From a virus (Duplodnaviria; Caudoviricetes): a DNA stretch of 64,000 nt. The notes under the pieces are model-generated. The model saw only the letters and a program-made list of their open reading frames with translations, did no database searches and had not been told where the DNA came from. The DNA lies in IMG/VR virus record IMGVR_UViG_3300020508_000005, positions 1-64,000 of that record; one strand, written 5' to 3'. Both the position numbers and the translations under genes were made by a program. Shown here one piece after another: positions 39,901 to 49,481 of this stretch (position 1 is the first letter of the stretch; each line of letters begins with the position of its first letter).

Positions 39901-40464
39901 CAAGCCGTCCGAGGAGGACAACAAACTGCACCACAAGTAGGATCGAAAACTACTTCAACACAGCAGCCAAAAAATCCACTTCAAGGTATGACGCCGCAAG
40001 ATTTATTGAAAAAAGTTCAAGAAGAAAGGGCTCGACTGTTAGCAAGGCAGGCTCAAAGAACCACCCAAGCTTCGCCTAGTGCTCCAACTTCAGCACAACC
40101 AAAGCCAACTATTCAGCCACCAACTCCAACGACACCTATTTCAACGACACCTGTTACTCCAGAAAGACAGATAGATAAAGCCGCATTACTTCAAAAGCTC
40201 CAATTATTAAAAGCCAAAAACGCTCCCAAAACGGAAGCGTTTACTAGCTTTCGAACTTGGCAAAATCTTTCTATTAAAGAAATGACAGGAACATCTGCTG
40301 TGTATGATAAAAAATTTAGAAAACCTAAAGCTGGTACAGGGTTTAATTGGTGGGGAGCACCGGGAAATATTGGCGGTACATCAATTGCAGGCGAAGTAGA
40401 AACTACTAATTCTGATCCAGATGGCACGAAAGGAATTAAACATGCCAGAAAACAACCAAAATAA
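36955..40464 (+). CDS. Large hypothetical protein (1169 aa), possible internal/ejected protein
   Basis: Long ORF; KSFLDY..LSES at N-terminus, SFRTW..IKEMTGT near C-terminus. Confidence 0.7.
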   Translation: MNKSFLDYMNNKQKYNLSESAPTGISHSELKMPLNFPPLSNFLMAIAGSEAVKGRVLNWVFSEGLMEASKNREVLYQMVLKVMEPITKPNNTTNVVTTPNVPFKKAVNEMAFKPEDIVGPDYDDSEEIKSVDLFSPQAWARSNYLKRADQIFRRTHGLGILAYYEKNLEPKTMTIDIDDQKGTRVIFDLPTIRQKVQAKKLTPFYFGSRLNESTGEIKIGYMQFVEKGDWLPSIHPRALINSNDQNGPSLEPLTTIDPDTKKIDTSRSVEVRNNKLQYNFQGGGFIPSKERADEQIRNMRFYFIKAASKDPSIPEEDKAYINSIAEFISQLQQTEVPLKGKGKAAGKAGMDNMRSGVEDRPLPNDVDTFKNLIAKGLQQPLRGFDEASFINIDGIGRNIENASEAQAINPDEGWWMRDPIKKGKVIIKFSKLHREAIFNKIFEREADGIYTGRLRYNTVKGLQYESSNGVQNIFNPNSKLNVSAIVNRAFDKDFKLKKDLSMTVFRLPTAADYKKIGKVQPQSEADWPQLGRPKKLGQVKKELKGFTPFMPEANEIIEKLWDMGFKWEASKKGQNENPLIPTDGYEPSYAFIKNPAGIRIKIAKEGELWFAYFPSDFATDEEVALKGHGVDVNAPLLGAKGSVFKSSRAGHIEAMAVGPKAWKVIEQELLKGPNGKLGEWEDWSKTPETDGPVYDSIWNIPSVVRGVQQAKAWFNKIYGKTDAMKEWFRTSNIAQALGGTTSSEAKPADHFDQTELQQWAVESLKLHSNDPAFQLGWTTQAQWEANTSTKNTLDDYLQTQFEKSLFGGNKKAYGIRALLMKTDAYGDIAKDNNELQQVIDQRIEEKIKQARINQNIESFFILPVFDERDDQGNRATPEIYQAYALNALEFRKRKVATFVADKMGEKLRNNENKATVPMPQGKTKEGESTQVDFADKGYLDMRGEYEPEDISHIQKLDDLYAKLGISPQDIISSPTKVVNKISQAVRGGQQTAPQVGSKTTSTQQPKNPLQGMTPQDLLKKVQEERARLLARQAQRTTQASPSAPTSAQPKPTIQPPTPTTPISTTPVTPERQIDKAALLQKLQLLKAKNAPKTEAFTSFRTWQNLSIKEMTGTSAVYDKKFRKPKAGTGFNWWGAPGNIGGTSIAGEVETTNSDPDGTKGIKHARKQPK

Positions 40465-40732
40465 CTTCATGCGTTACATGGCCAATCCCAAGGCTTTTAC
40501 TATCAAAAAATGGCTTTATGAATTGCTTCAATTAAATTATGCTGCTCATGATCAAATTGTTGAGAGAGTTTCTTCTACTTTAGTCACCGACAGAGATCTT
40601 GAAGATTTCAGTAAATTGGTTGGTCAAATTTTTGAAGCTGGATATAAAAAAGCTGTGGATGATTATCGCAAACAGTTTGAAGATATGGGATTGAAAGTTC
40701 AAATTATCACATCCGCAAATGAGACTAACTAA
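40442..40732 (+). CDS. Hypothetical protein
   Basis: Likely start MPENNQ after AGGA. Confidence 0.65.
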   Translation: MPENNQNNFMRYMANPKAFTIKKWLYELLQLNYAAHDQIVERVSSTLVTDRDLEDFSKLVGQIFEAGYKKAVDDYRKQFEDMGLKVQIITSANETN

Positions 40733-41387
40733 AATCAGGATTTAAATCTGATATTGTTCCTTTGCAAAGATGTCCGCCACTTTTTGATTCTGTTTCAGAA
40801 ATTCGCCACCATCTCTCTCCGCCCTGTTGATCTTTCTTTAAGATTATTGAATCTTTAGTAAGTTCACGCATACACCAAAATTGGATTTCAAGATCAGATT
40901 GTGCAATTATGACTGCGTCGAATATAAATTTCGTTCCATATTTGTTAGTTGTATAGCTTGTTCCATACAATTCATCTTTCCACAATTTCTGGCCAATTAC
41001 AGGAGCACAATAAAATTCAGTACCTCTATCTTTAAGAATTTTAGCAGTTTTTTCATCTACGTGAATTGTGATGCTCTCTTGATCTTCTTTAATTGGCGGA
41101 GGCATTTCAGTAATTGGATCAGGAGCAGAAACCTCTTCTATAAAGTCTCTAGGAGATATAACTTGACTTGGCTCAGGACCTTGATATAAATCCAACTCTT
41201 CAGATATGTTTTTAACACTAGTAGCAAATTCTTTTATTGGATTTCTACTATCGGCTATCACTTCTTCTTTTGATCCAAAGTGATTTACAAGTTTTACGGC
41301 TTCTTTATTCCAATCGCTCATATCTTTGACCAAAGGATTTGGACCACGTAGTTTGTACACCTTCCCATCTTTGTCTTTAATTGCCAT
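40725..41387 (-). CDS. Hypothetical, possible head-closure paralogue
   Basis: MAIKDKDGKVY resembles MAIKNPNGSTY of 44383. Confidence 0.5.
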   Translation of the reverse strand: MAIKDKDGKVYKLRGPNPLVKDMSDWNKEAVKLVNHFGSKEEVIADSRNPIKEFATSVKNISEELDLYQGPEPSQVISPRDFIEEVSAPDPITEMPPPIKEDQESITIHVDEKTAKILKDRGTEFYCAPVIGQKLWKDELYGTSYTTNKYGTKFIFDAVIIAQSDLEIQFWCMRELTKDSIILKKDQQGGERWWRISETESKSGGHLCKGTISDLNPDFS

Positions 41388-41748
41388 ATTTGTAACCAAC
41401 TTTTACTAAAGCATTCCCGCTTACTTTAAAATAATTAGTTTTTTTGTGCGATTGATTATTTACAATCTTAGATACCATCGACTGACTGATATTGTATTTT
41501 TCTGCAATCTCTTTTTGTTTATATTTTCCAGTTTGGTATAAATTTCTTATATCAGAAATTATTTGACTACTAAGATTTTTAGGTCCGTGATTCATTTTAG
41601 CCATGTCATAATCTTTAATGATTCGATCTAAAGTTCTTTCTGATATTTCAAAATAGTTGCAAATATCTTTTCTAGCACAATTTGCAAGTATTTCAATCAA
41701 TTCTTCTTTGGAAATATTCAATGATTTTATTTTAGATGGTTTTGGCAT
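41377..41748 (-). CDS. Double helix-turn-helix DNA-binding protein (copy 2)
   Basis: DICNYFEISERTLDRI and EIAEKYNISQSMVSKI. Confidence 0.8.
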   Translation of the reverse strand: MPKPSKIKSLNISKEELIEILANCARKDICNYFEISERTLDRIIKDYDMAKMNHGPKNLSSQIISDIRNLYQTGKYKQKEIAEKYNISQSMVSKIVNNQSHKKTNYFKVSGNALVKVGYKYGN

Positions 41749-41817
41749 TTGAATTTCCTTTAAATATTACTTCGCCAATATGTATATAATATAAACTCTT
41801 TATTGAAAGGAAAATTT

Positions 41818-42219
41818 ATGCCTATTGTATGTCCTGATGTTCATGGAGAACTTTTATTGCTTCAATATATTGTTGGAATGGTCAATGCGGATAATCCAGT
41901 TTTGCACTTGTATGCCAATGACATTGTTCCTTCTGACACCACAGTGAAGGCTGATTTAACTGAAATTGGCACTCAAACTGGCTATACTCCAATAACTTTA
42001 TTGTCAGCTAATTGGACCACTGTGCAATCAAGTGGCGTGACTTCGGCAGTTTATTCAGAGCAGACTTTTACTTTCACTACAGACACAACTGCGTATGGCT
42101 ATTATGTTACCAATCAATCGAATCAACTATTGTGGCTTGAAAGATTTACTGGTGCCCCATTTGAGATACCAGATGGCGGTGGAAGCATTAGTGTCACAGC
42201 AAGTCTTACCTTGAGCTAA
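41818..42219 (+). CDS. Small virion fibre/filament subunit (copy 2)
   Basis: MPIVCPDV..ELLLL, LHLYAN, TGY, YGYYV, LLWLERF, LTLS; paralogue of 21739. Confidence 0.7.
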   Translation: MPIVCPDVHGELLLLQYIVGMVNADNPVLHLYANDIVPSDTTVKADLTEIGTQTGYTPITLLSANWTTVQSSGVTSAVYSEQTFTFTTDTTAYGYYVTNQSNQLLWLERFTGAPFEIPDGGGSISVTASLTLS

Positions 42220-42265
42220 AAAGACCGTGATGTGACACGGCCTTTTTAGCATACTCATAGTAGTT

Positions 42266-43507
42266 TTACTTAGTTGAAGACATGACAAATTTAATGCCAT
42301 CTTCTAAATGTTTTTGAGCAAATTCTTGAAGATTAGATGGCTTTAAATTTTCGGCACATTCTTTGATTAAATTAATATTCATTAATTTTTGATGTTGTTC
42401 AACAAACCAAGCATTATCAATTGATAGTTCAATTCCAGCCATGACAGTGTTGGCAACTCCGTGAACATTTTGAAGACCTTTAATCTTGCTGTAAATGTAT
42501 TGTTTTTTGCATATTTCAAACAATTCATCGGGAAATCCATTTTCCTTTACTTTATTGAATAGCTTGACAAGTTCTTCTTCTGCTTTTTCGAGATGTTCAT
42601 TGCTTGTCAGCATTGATATAATTGCATGGTTGTTTTCATAGTGACTAAAGCCACTTATTGAAACGCCATAACATAATCCAAGATCATCACGAATATGTTC
42701 GTACAAGTACTTGTTTAATGCATACATGAAAAATGTAGGAACAAATTTTTGTTCAATATTTTCTTTGAGAGAAATCCATTTTTGAACATGGCCGAATGCA
42801 GCTTGTTCAAATCTGCTGGTTTCAAAAGCGTATCTCTTCTCTTCATTCAAAAGAGAATTTAGGCAAGTCCCTGTTTTTTGAACTTGTGGGATTTGTGGTA
42901 AAATTTTATTCACCGCATCCATCACATGTGTGAATTTTAAATTGCCAACAATAATCAAACCCATATTTTGTTGGCCGTACCATTTATTTCGGTATCGATG
43001 CAATTTTTCGGGGCTCATGTCACGAATAGACTGTTCTGTTCCAATGATGGGGTGTGTTTCTGTTGTGCCAAAACATTTTTTAGCTACAAAATTCCAGAAA
43101 AATTCGGTGGGATAATTATCATACATACGCCACTCTTCAATTATAACACTTTTTTCTTTTTCAAATTCTTGCTCAGGAAAGTTCGAATCGAAAACAGCTT
43201 CTTTCAAAAGCATTAAACCTTTTTCGAAGTCTTCATTAAGAGCATCAAAATGATATGTGGTGGCAAAATAGTTTGTGGATGCATTAAAAGATCCAACCAA
43301 AGCTTGATCACGAGAAATTTGGTGTTTATTTTTAAGTGGGGTCCCTTGAAAACAACAGTGCTCAAGAAAGTGAGCAACGCCCCAAGAATCTTGATCCTCT
43401 TGAGCAGAGCCGCAATTAGCGACTAAAATTACCTTGCAAATAGCAGAATCGGGCATTTTGACATGATAAACTGGAATGCCCGAATTACAAACTGAGTAGT
43501 TCAACAT
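42266..43507 (-). CDS. M16 (pitrilysin/insulinase) metallopeptidase
   Basis: GVAHFLEH, NAST, EKEKSVIIEE, IRDDLGLCYG. Confidence 0.92.
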   Translation of the reverse strand: MLNYSVCNSGIPVYHVKMPDSAICKVILVANCGSAQEDQDSWGVAHFLEHCCFQGTPLKNKHQISRDQALVGSFNASTNYFATTYHFDALNEDFEKGLMLLKEAVFDSNFPEQEFEKEKSVIIEEWRMYDNYPTEFFWNFVAKKCFGTTETHPIIGTEQSIRDMSPEKLHRYRNKWYGQQNMGLIIVGNLKFTHVMDAVNKILPQIPQVQKTGTCLNSLLNEEKRYAFETSRFEQAAFGHVQKWISLKENIEQKFVPTFFMYALNKYLYEHIRDDLGLCYGVSISGFSHYENNHAIISMLTSNEHLEKAEEELVKLFNKVKENGFPDELFEICKKQYIYSKIKGLQNVHGVANTVMAGIELSIDNAWFVEQHQKLMNINLIKECAENLKPSNLQEFAQKHLEDGIKFVMSSTK

Positions 43508-43614
43508 TTGACTTTTTCTTTTTGTTGGAAAAAATTATAACATAGCCATGAATCGGCTTTATATAATTTATACCAAACTTAAAACAAAACTCAATATGTT
43601 TTTTGAAAACAAAT

Positions 43615-44106
43615 TCATTTCTTAACGCTTGGAAGTCCAACCATTTGGCCATAAAGCATAACCCATTGAGCTTCCATTTGGTCTGAAGGCTTTGGTTTGA
43701 AGTTGCCTTTACGATATTTTTCTATGATCCAATCGATAGCATGAGAAATTAAAACATTGATGACATAATCACGCACCAAAGCAGAAAAGGGCCGAAGCCA
43801 AATTGGCATAGCTTCTTTGATGATGTAATCGTAGATTTTACCAATCGCAGCTAGCACTGTAGCTTTTTTATCTGCTCCAGTGGCACTATCAATTTGATCA
43901 ACATATGCAATAAGATCATCTAAGCATTTAAGTAAAAAATCAGTTACGGGGGTCAAGCTTCGCACTGCCCAAAATTGCCACCACGACGCTGTTTTTTCCA
44001 TAGAGTCCCATAAGGCTTTCATAGAATCAACAAACATATCAATGTAATTGTTTTCAATCACTTTGCCGACTGGATTTGGACTTTCTTTAATTTGCATCTG
44101 TTTCAC
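43615..44106 (-). CDS. Hypothetical helical protein
   Basis: 163-aa ORF; GADKK motif. Confidence 0.6.
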   Translation of the reverse strand: MKQMQIKESPNPVGKVIENNYIDMFVDSMKALWDSMEKTASWWQFWAVRSLTPVTDFLLKCLDDLIAYVDQIDSATGADKKATVLAAIGKIYDYIIKEAMPIWLRPFSALVRDYVINVLISHAIDWIIEKYRKGNFKPKPSDQMEAQWVMLYGQMVGLPSVKK

Positions 44107-44299
44107 CTTTGATTTCCTTCAGCCAAACCGCAAAGACATCGTCAACATGCTTCGTTAAAATAGCATCAATTACTCCAGCATTAAATTCTTTTATTTTTTC
44201 TAAAAGTTGTTGAACTTGTTCTACAGAAATATCAGCTTTTATTGACTCGTTTTTTTGATTGTTTTTAAACAATCTGCCCAACGCAAATACATTCTTCAT
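44087..44299 (-). CDS. Hypothetical protein
   Basis: GAGGTG SD. Confidence 0.65.
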   Translation of the reverse strand: MKNVFALGRLFKNNQKNESIKADISVEQVQQLLEKIKEFNAGVIDAILTKHVDDVFAVWLKEIKGETDAN

Positions 44300-44382
44300 G
44301 TGTCACCTCTTGTAAAACATGGTCACATACTATTTACCCTTGATAACCATAAAACGACACATTAAGAATACATACTTTTGTT

Positions 44383-44976
44383 ATGGCTATCAAAAACCCA
44401 AATGGCAGTACTTATCAACCTAGCGGCTCTTTGCAGCAATTCGATCCAGAGAATCTGGAGTATGATCTTTTCAATGTATGGGATCAAGAAGTAATAGAAA
44501 TAGGTGGATCACCTTTATTATATTACGATGTATTTATTAATGTAAATAACATAGACGACTTATATGTTGAGGCTAGAGATAAGATTTATAGCCAATCTCC
44601 TATTCAAATCTATGGATATTACGACCCGATTCCTTCACAAAACATGATGGGCGTTTTTGGAGTCGATAGTCCAGATGAGATGATGTTTGAGTTTAATTAT
44701 CGACATGTTTTGAAGACTTTAGGTCATGCTCCAAAGATTGGGTCTCGAATTTTTTCACCTCACAAGCGTGAAAATTGGATGGTAATTCAGAGAAATGTTG
44801 AAGTTTTTAAACTATGGGGAGAGCTTAGATTGCAGGTAATGTGCGTTAGATTTCAAGAATCTCTTACTACTGGTGAAGGTAAAGTTAGCCAAAGACAACC
44901 AGATTTTAAAGTCAACAGTATTAAAGATATCAGAAACAAAACTACTAATTGGGCTGGTGGCCAAGAATCGCCTTAA
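44383..44976 (+). CDS. Head-closure / neck protein (T4 gp14-like)
   Basis: EVIEIGG...YY, IDDLYVEARDK, FG..SPDE, PKIGSRI; precedes terminator and sheath genes. Confidence 0.75.
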   Translation: MAIKNPNGSTYQPSGSLQQFDPENLEYDLFNVWDQEVIEIGGSPLLYYDVFINVNNIDDLYVEARDKIYSQSPIQIYGYYDPIPSQNMMGVFGVDSPDEMMFEFNYRHVLKTLGHAPKIGSRIFSPHKRENWMVIQRNVEVFKLWGELRLQVMCVRFQESLTTGEGKVSQRQPDFKVNSIKDIRNKTTNWAGGQESP

Positions 44977-45119
44977 GGCGGAGAAATGATTTGGTTCTTA
45001 CGCAAAGCTATTGCATTTTTGCAGAAATAAAGAGGCACCTTAACCTTTTTAATAGGCGGTACAATCTTTGTTTTTCTAATTTTGCAAGTTGTATTAAGCA
45101 ATATCTTATAGGGTTTCAT
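44973..45119 (-). CDS. Possible 48-aa basic peptide (below ORF-track cut-off)
   Basis: MKPYKILLNTTCKIRKTKIVPPIKK...SPP*; fills the gap exactly. Confidence 0.35.
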   Translation of the reverse strand: MKPYKILLNTTCKIRKTKIVPPIKKVKVPLYFCKNAIALRKNQIISPP

Positions 45120-45231
45120 GCATTATATTAGTAAAAAATAGCTTAAATTATCAAACTTTATGTTTTCTAATAAAAGATCCAATCAATCTAATAAAGAAGT
45201 CTGGATATTGAAAACTAAACCATAGATAAAC

Positions 45232-46260
45232 GTGAGGAAAAAAATGAGCGAGCCTAATCTTAACCCTTGTAGCGAACCGGGATTTATTGATGACATCAAT
45301 ATAGATCCTTCGTCGCCATATTGCAGAGAAGGCCAAGTTATTTCAAGCTCTGGCACTATAGACAAGAAACCATTTAAAGAAAGTCAAAGTGATGTGGCCA
45401 ACCAAGATATGTCTTGGTTGGAAGAAGCAACACAAAGTAAGCTTGGAAATGGTTCAGCAGTCATGTGTGACCCACAACAAACTGGTCACATAATTAATGA
45501 ACAGGGCATGTCTCCCCCAAACCGAAACATAGTATATCGATACGCTAAATCTATTCGTGGAACCGACGAAGCTGTCAAAGACTTATTTAAAGACATAGTT
45601 GTCCAAGATGAGTCTGGTAAAGTCCATAATGTCCCTATTATTTGGGGCACACAGGAAAAAGCAGTTGCTTATATTCTGCAAGAAAACATGCGTAAAGATG
45701 AAAGTTTGGTAGTAGACCGCATTCGGTTACCGATGTTGGCGATTCATTCTTCAGACTTCAATTTTAATCAAGACAGATACATCTATCACAAAGCAATTGA
45801 TTATCTTAGAAATCCAAGAGACAACTGGAGGCCCGGTTTTACGACAAGCGAAAGATATGAAAGAGATACCGTCTTTGGAGTGACTAGAGGTATACCAGTG
45901 GATATTGGTTACAGCTTGTATGCGTGGACGATGTATGAAGAAGACATGAATCAGATTCTCACTCAAATAGTAACAAAATTCTCACCGATAGCATACATAC
46001 GGGTAAAGGGAATCTCGTGGGAGATCGGAGTTAAGCTAACAAGTATTGCTAATAACGTCGATTATGAGCCCGGAGATAAAGCTGTTCGAGTATTTAAGTA
46101 TCAATTTAGTTTTACAGCAGAGTCATTTGTTGCACAACCTATTGTAAGGCGAAAAGCCGTTCTTAAAACTCGCATCGAAATCACCGACTCACCTAACGAG
46201 GAAGACATTACAGAAGTGCTAACTCGGTTAGAGCAAGCAGTAAAGGAATTGGAAGAATGA
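45232..46260 (+). CDS. Tail terminator / sheath stabiliser (T4 gp15-like)
   Basis: VPIIWGTQEK, RLPMLAI, PVDIGYSL...EDMNQILTQI..KF. Confidence 0.8.
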   Translation: MRKKMSEPNLNPCSEPGFIDDINIDPSSPYCREGQVISSSGTIDKKPFKESQSDVANQDMSWLEEATQSKLGNGSAVMCDPQQTGHIINEQGMSPPNRNIVYRYAKSIRGTDEAVKDLFKDIVVQDESGKVHNVPIIWGTQEKAVAYILQENMRKDESLVVDRIRLPMLAIHSSDFNFNQDRYIYHKAIDYLRNPRDNWRPGFTTSERYERDTVFGVTRGIPVDIGYSLYAWTMYEEDMNQILTQIVTKFSPIAYIRVKGISWEIGVKLTSIANNVDYEPGDKAVRVFKYQFSFTAESFVAQPIVRRKAVLKTRIEITDSPNEEDITEVLTRLEQAVKELEE

Positions 46261-46481
46261 TTGAGATTAAGAACAAGCAAAAAAGCCCAGTGCAGCTAGT
46301 GGTGAGATCGAGGAAGGCTCCCCGTGCTTTCACGACCTTGATTATTCCCGGTATTGGCAAGGGAAACAATGTCAGGCTAATCGAGGATGAGTTGGTAACT
46401 GAATACATAGAACGAGTCGAAAAGATGGGCCTGATAACGACTAAATATGTACCAAACAATGAAATTCGTAAGGGAGAGTAA
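46257..46481 (+). CDS. Small hypothetical in tail operon
   Basis: ATGA-coupled, directly before the sheath gene. Confidence 0.7.
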   Translation: MIEIKNKQKSPVQLVVRSRKAPRAFTTLIIPGIGKGNNVRLIEDELVTEYIERVEKMGLITTKYVPNNEIRKGE

Positions 46482-46484
46482 GAC

Positions 46485-48839
46485 ATGGCTATTTTAAGGG
46501 GATTTCCGCCATCTAACACGATTTCGCCAAGCGTCAGAATCACCGAAAAGGATTTGAGCTTCATTGCTCCCGAACAATCCTTTCACCGTGCTGGCTTAGT
46601 TGGATTCGCAAGTAAGGGACCAATCAACGTCCCAACTTTGATTTCAACCCAGCGTCAGTTGAATACTGTGTTCGGGTACCCGCATCCTGAAAGCGGCGAT
46701 CCTTATCTGATTTATGCTGCCGAGCAATACCTGTTAGTGGCAAACGAACTATATGTTGTTCGTGTTGCTGATGAAGAAAACGTTAGCGACGAAAAAGCAG
46801 ACACAGCTTCTGTAGATATTCCATCTGCTGGTGGAAGAATCGTGGTTATGTCGCAAGAACAAGGACCATACACTTTTGCAAACGATTCGTTCTTCCGTTG
46901 GAGACTAAACGGCGTTCTGATGTCTAAGACCTTGGTGGTCTTGGCTGGAACATATACCGCTGCTCAACTCGCTGAAGAAATGAACTTGCAATTAGACGGT
47001 CAAGTAGATGGCATCGAGTTTGTAACTGACACAGGCGACGATTATATCGGCGTTCAAACCACTTGGGCGTTTGGTCCAGATAGTGAGTTGGAACTCGTGT
47101 CTGTTCAAGATGCAATGTACGGTGGGGCTGTAATTGATGGCAACGTAACTGGTCTTGGCACGGGTATGACCCAAGCTGAGATTACAGGTAGCAACGACCG
47201 TTATCCAGCATCCTATCAAGCCGCTGGTGAATACGATCTAGCTGGTTTAAGTGATCTCAATATTCAAATTGTTGTTGACGGAACAGATAATGTTCTTATT
47301 GATAACGTAGTTCAAATTATTGATCTTGCAGATATTGAAGGAACTGAATCCACAATTGCTGAAGTTGTTACTGAAATTAACAGTCAGTTGGTGGAAAATG
47401 GTGGTGATCTACCGGGCGGTTGGGAGGCTTATGCAGATGGCGATAATTTGGCTTTCCGCACCATGCACCATGGTCGTGATGCACGCCTTTTGATCAAACC
47501 AGACAGCACTGCTGCTGCACTTTTCGGCCTAGAAAGCGTCACTAAAGTTGGTGATAGCCCAATTGGGACTTCAGGCGATCCAGCCGAAGATACCTATGGT
47601 CGTATTAATGGCGATAGCAACTCTACTGGTGCAGTAACATTCACCATTAATGCAGATTCTGCTGGTATTGACGGTAATGCAACTCAGGTTGTAATCGAGA
47701 ACAATATTCGTGAAGGCAACTTCATTCTACAAATTTACAACAATGGAGTAGAAGTAGAAACTTGGGGTGGTCTAACCAAAGATGAAAACTCAAGATTCTA
47801 TGTTGAGACCTTCTTGTCACTAGTTTCTGATTGGATTCGTGTTTCAGACAATACTGCTAATTCCGCTCCTCCACTAGACGGAACTTACCGCCTTGAAGGC
47901 GGATCTGATGGTATTCCTTCTGATCCAGATATGCAAGATGAGTTAATTATTGGCAATAGAGTTGGCTACTCCGGTATGTACGCTCTATCAGAGCCAGAAC
48001 AAATTGATCTTGACTTGATCGCTGTTCCGGGTCATAGCAGCACAGCAGTTGTGACCGCTTTGTTGGATTTATGCCAAAATGTTCGTATGGACTGCTTGGC
48101 GATTATTGATCCTCCATTTGGTCTTACTGTGAAGGAAATAGTTCATTGGCAAAATGGCTCGCACCCACTTAACACTGTAAGATTTGACAGTGATTTTGGT
48201 GCTCTTTACTGGCCTTGGGTCAAGATTAGAGACAACTTCAATAGAGTTGATATTTGGGCTCCTCCATCCGGTTCAGTTATGGCGACTATTGCTCGTTCCG
48301 ATCAATTGTCAGCCCCATGGTTTGCTCCTGCGGGTGTTAATCGTGGTAATGTGCCTAACATTACAGATGTATTCAGTCGTCCAACGCTTGAAGAAAGAGA
48401 TCTGATGTATGGCTATAGAAACGCTATTAATCCAATCGTTCAATTTGTTGATTTTGATGGCTTTGTTATCTGGGGTCAAAAAACTCTTCAACGTCGCCCA
48501 ACAGCTTTGGATCGTGTTAACGTCCGTCGCTTGATGTTCGTGATCGAGAAAAGAATTCGTGCTGCCAGCCGTCAATTGCTATTCGATCCTCACGACGACA
48601 TTCTACGCCAGAAGTTTGTAAGAATTTCAACAGCAATTCTTTCTGAAATTCAGGTAGGTAGAGGGGTTAATGACTTCCGTGTGAAGTGCGATGAAGAACT
48701 TAACACGGCAGATGTGATCGATAGAAATGAAATGCGTGCTCGAATCGGCGTTCAACCTATTCGTGCTGCTGAGTTTATCTTTATCGAGTTTAGCATCCAC
48801 AGAACTGGAAGCTTCGGAGAGAACGCCGATACGTTCTAA
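46485..48839 (+). CDS. Contractile tail sheath protein
   Basis: SPSVRITEKDLS, GFASKGP, ALYWPW, WFAPAG.NRG, GQKTLQ..ALDRVNVRRL, AEFI.IEF. Confidence 0.97.
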   Translation: MAILRGFPPSNTISPSVRITEKDLSFIAPEQSFHRAGLVGFASKGPINVPTLISTQRQLNTVFGYPHPESGDPYLIYAAEQYLLVANELYVVRVADEENVSDEKADTASVDIPSAGGRIVVMSQEQGPYTFANDSFFRWRLNGVLMSKTLVVLAGTYTAAQLAEEMNLQLDGQVDGIEFVTDTGDDYIGVQTTWAFGPDSELELVSVQDAMYGGAVIDGNVTGLGTGMTQAEITGSNDRYPASYQAAGEYDLAGLSDLNIQIVVDGTDNVLIDNVVQIIDLADIEGTESTIAEVVTEINSQLVENGGDLPGGWEAYADGDNLAFRTMHHGRDARLLIKPDSTAAALFGLESVTKVGDSPIGTSGDPAEDTYGRINGDSNSTGAVTFTINADSAGIDGNATQVVIENNIREGNFILQIYNNGVEVETWGGLTKDENSRFYVETFLSLVSDWIRVSDNTANSAPPLDGTYRLEGGSDGIPSDPDMQDELIIGNRVGYSGMYALSEPEQIDLDLIAVPGHSSTAVVTALLDLCQNVRMDCLAIIDPPFGLTVKEIVHWQNGSHPLNTVRFDSDFGALYWPWVKIRDNFNRVDIWAPPSGSVMATIARSDQLSAPWFAPAGVNRGNVPNITDVFSRPTLEERDLMYGYRNAINPIVQFVDFDGFVIWGQKTLQRRPTALDRVNVRRLMFVIEKRIRAASRQLLFDPHDDILRQKFVRISTAILSEIQVGRGVNDFRVKCDEELNTADVIDRNEMRARIGVQPIRAAEFIFIEFSIHRTGSFGENADTF

Positions 48840-48853
48840 GAAATAAAAAAGAC

Positions 48854-48886
48854 TAAGGTATCCGGGGAATATCCCCGGATACCTTA
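48854..48886 (+). terminator. 15-bp hairpin between sheath and first tube gene
   Basis: taaggtatccgggga-ata-tccccggatacctta. Confidence 0.7.
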
Positions 48887-48911
48887 TGGCTATGAAAGAT
48901 AGAGGTAAGAA

Positions 48912-49460
48912 ATGGGAATGGGAATAGGAAGACTTGGTGCCCCAAACATCATCATAAAAAGAAAGTTTCGCTGGACCTTGCGTATTGAAACGCCTAGGGG
49001 AACAATCCCAGAGCATTACGTAAAAGTAGCGGCTAGACCACAACTTGATATTGATGAAACAGAGATAAATTTTCTGAATGCGACAACATGGATTCCCGGT
49101 AAAGGCAAATGGCAACCAATAACCGTTTCATACATTGATGTTGCCGCTGATGACGTTGGTCCTTTGTATGATTGGATAGCTTCAGTTTACAACTTCAACA
49201 CACAAAATCCGTCAACTGACTTGCCTCAAACAGAGAAGATTGGTTGGAATGCAACAGCAATTTTACAAGTTTATGATGGTTGTGGCAAAGCATTAGAACG
49301 ATGGAAGTTGCAGTCAGTATGGCCACAGTCGGTAAATTTTGGCGATCTGGATATGGCTGACTCATCAGAGCTTACGATAGACCTTACTTTAAGATATTCA
49401 GAAGTCAATTACCAAAACCTATGCGGCCCTCAAGTAGTGGGTTCATGCATAGGTTGTTAA
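48912..49460 (+). CDS. Tail tube protein 1 (gp19-like)
   Basis: KRKFRW, RP.L.I.E.EI, PGKGKW, WP..VNFGDLD, LTLRY. Confidence 0.9.
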   Translation: MGMGIGRLGAPNIIIKRKFRWTLRIETPRGTIPEHYVKVAARPQLDIDETEINFLNATTWIPGKGKWQPITVSYIDVAADDVGPLYDWIASVYNFNTQNPSTDLPQTEKIGWNATAILQVYDGCGKALERWKLQSVWPQSVNFGDLDMADSSELTIDLTLRYSEVNYQNLCGPQVVGSCIGC

Positions 49461-49481
49461 AACAAATTTTAGGAGAATAAA

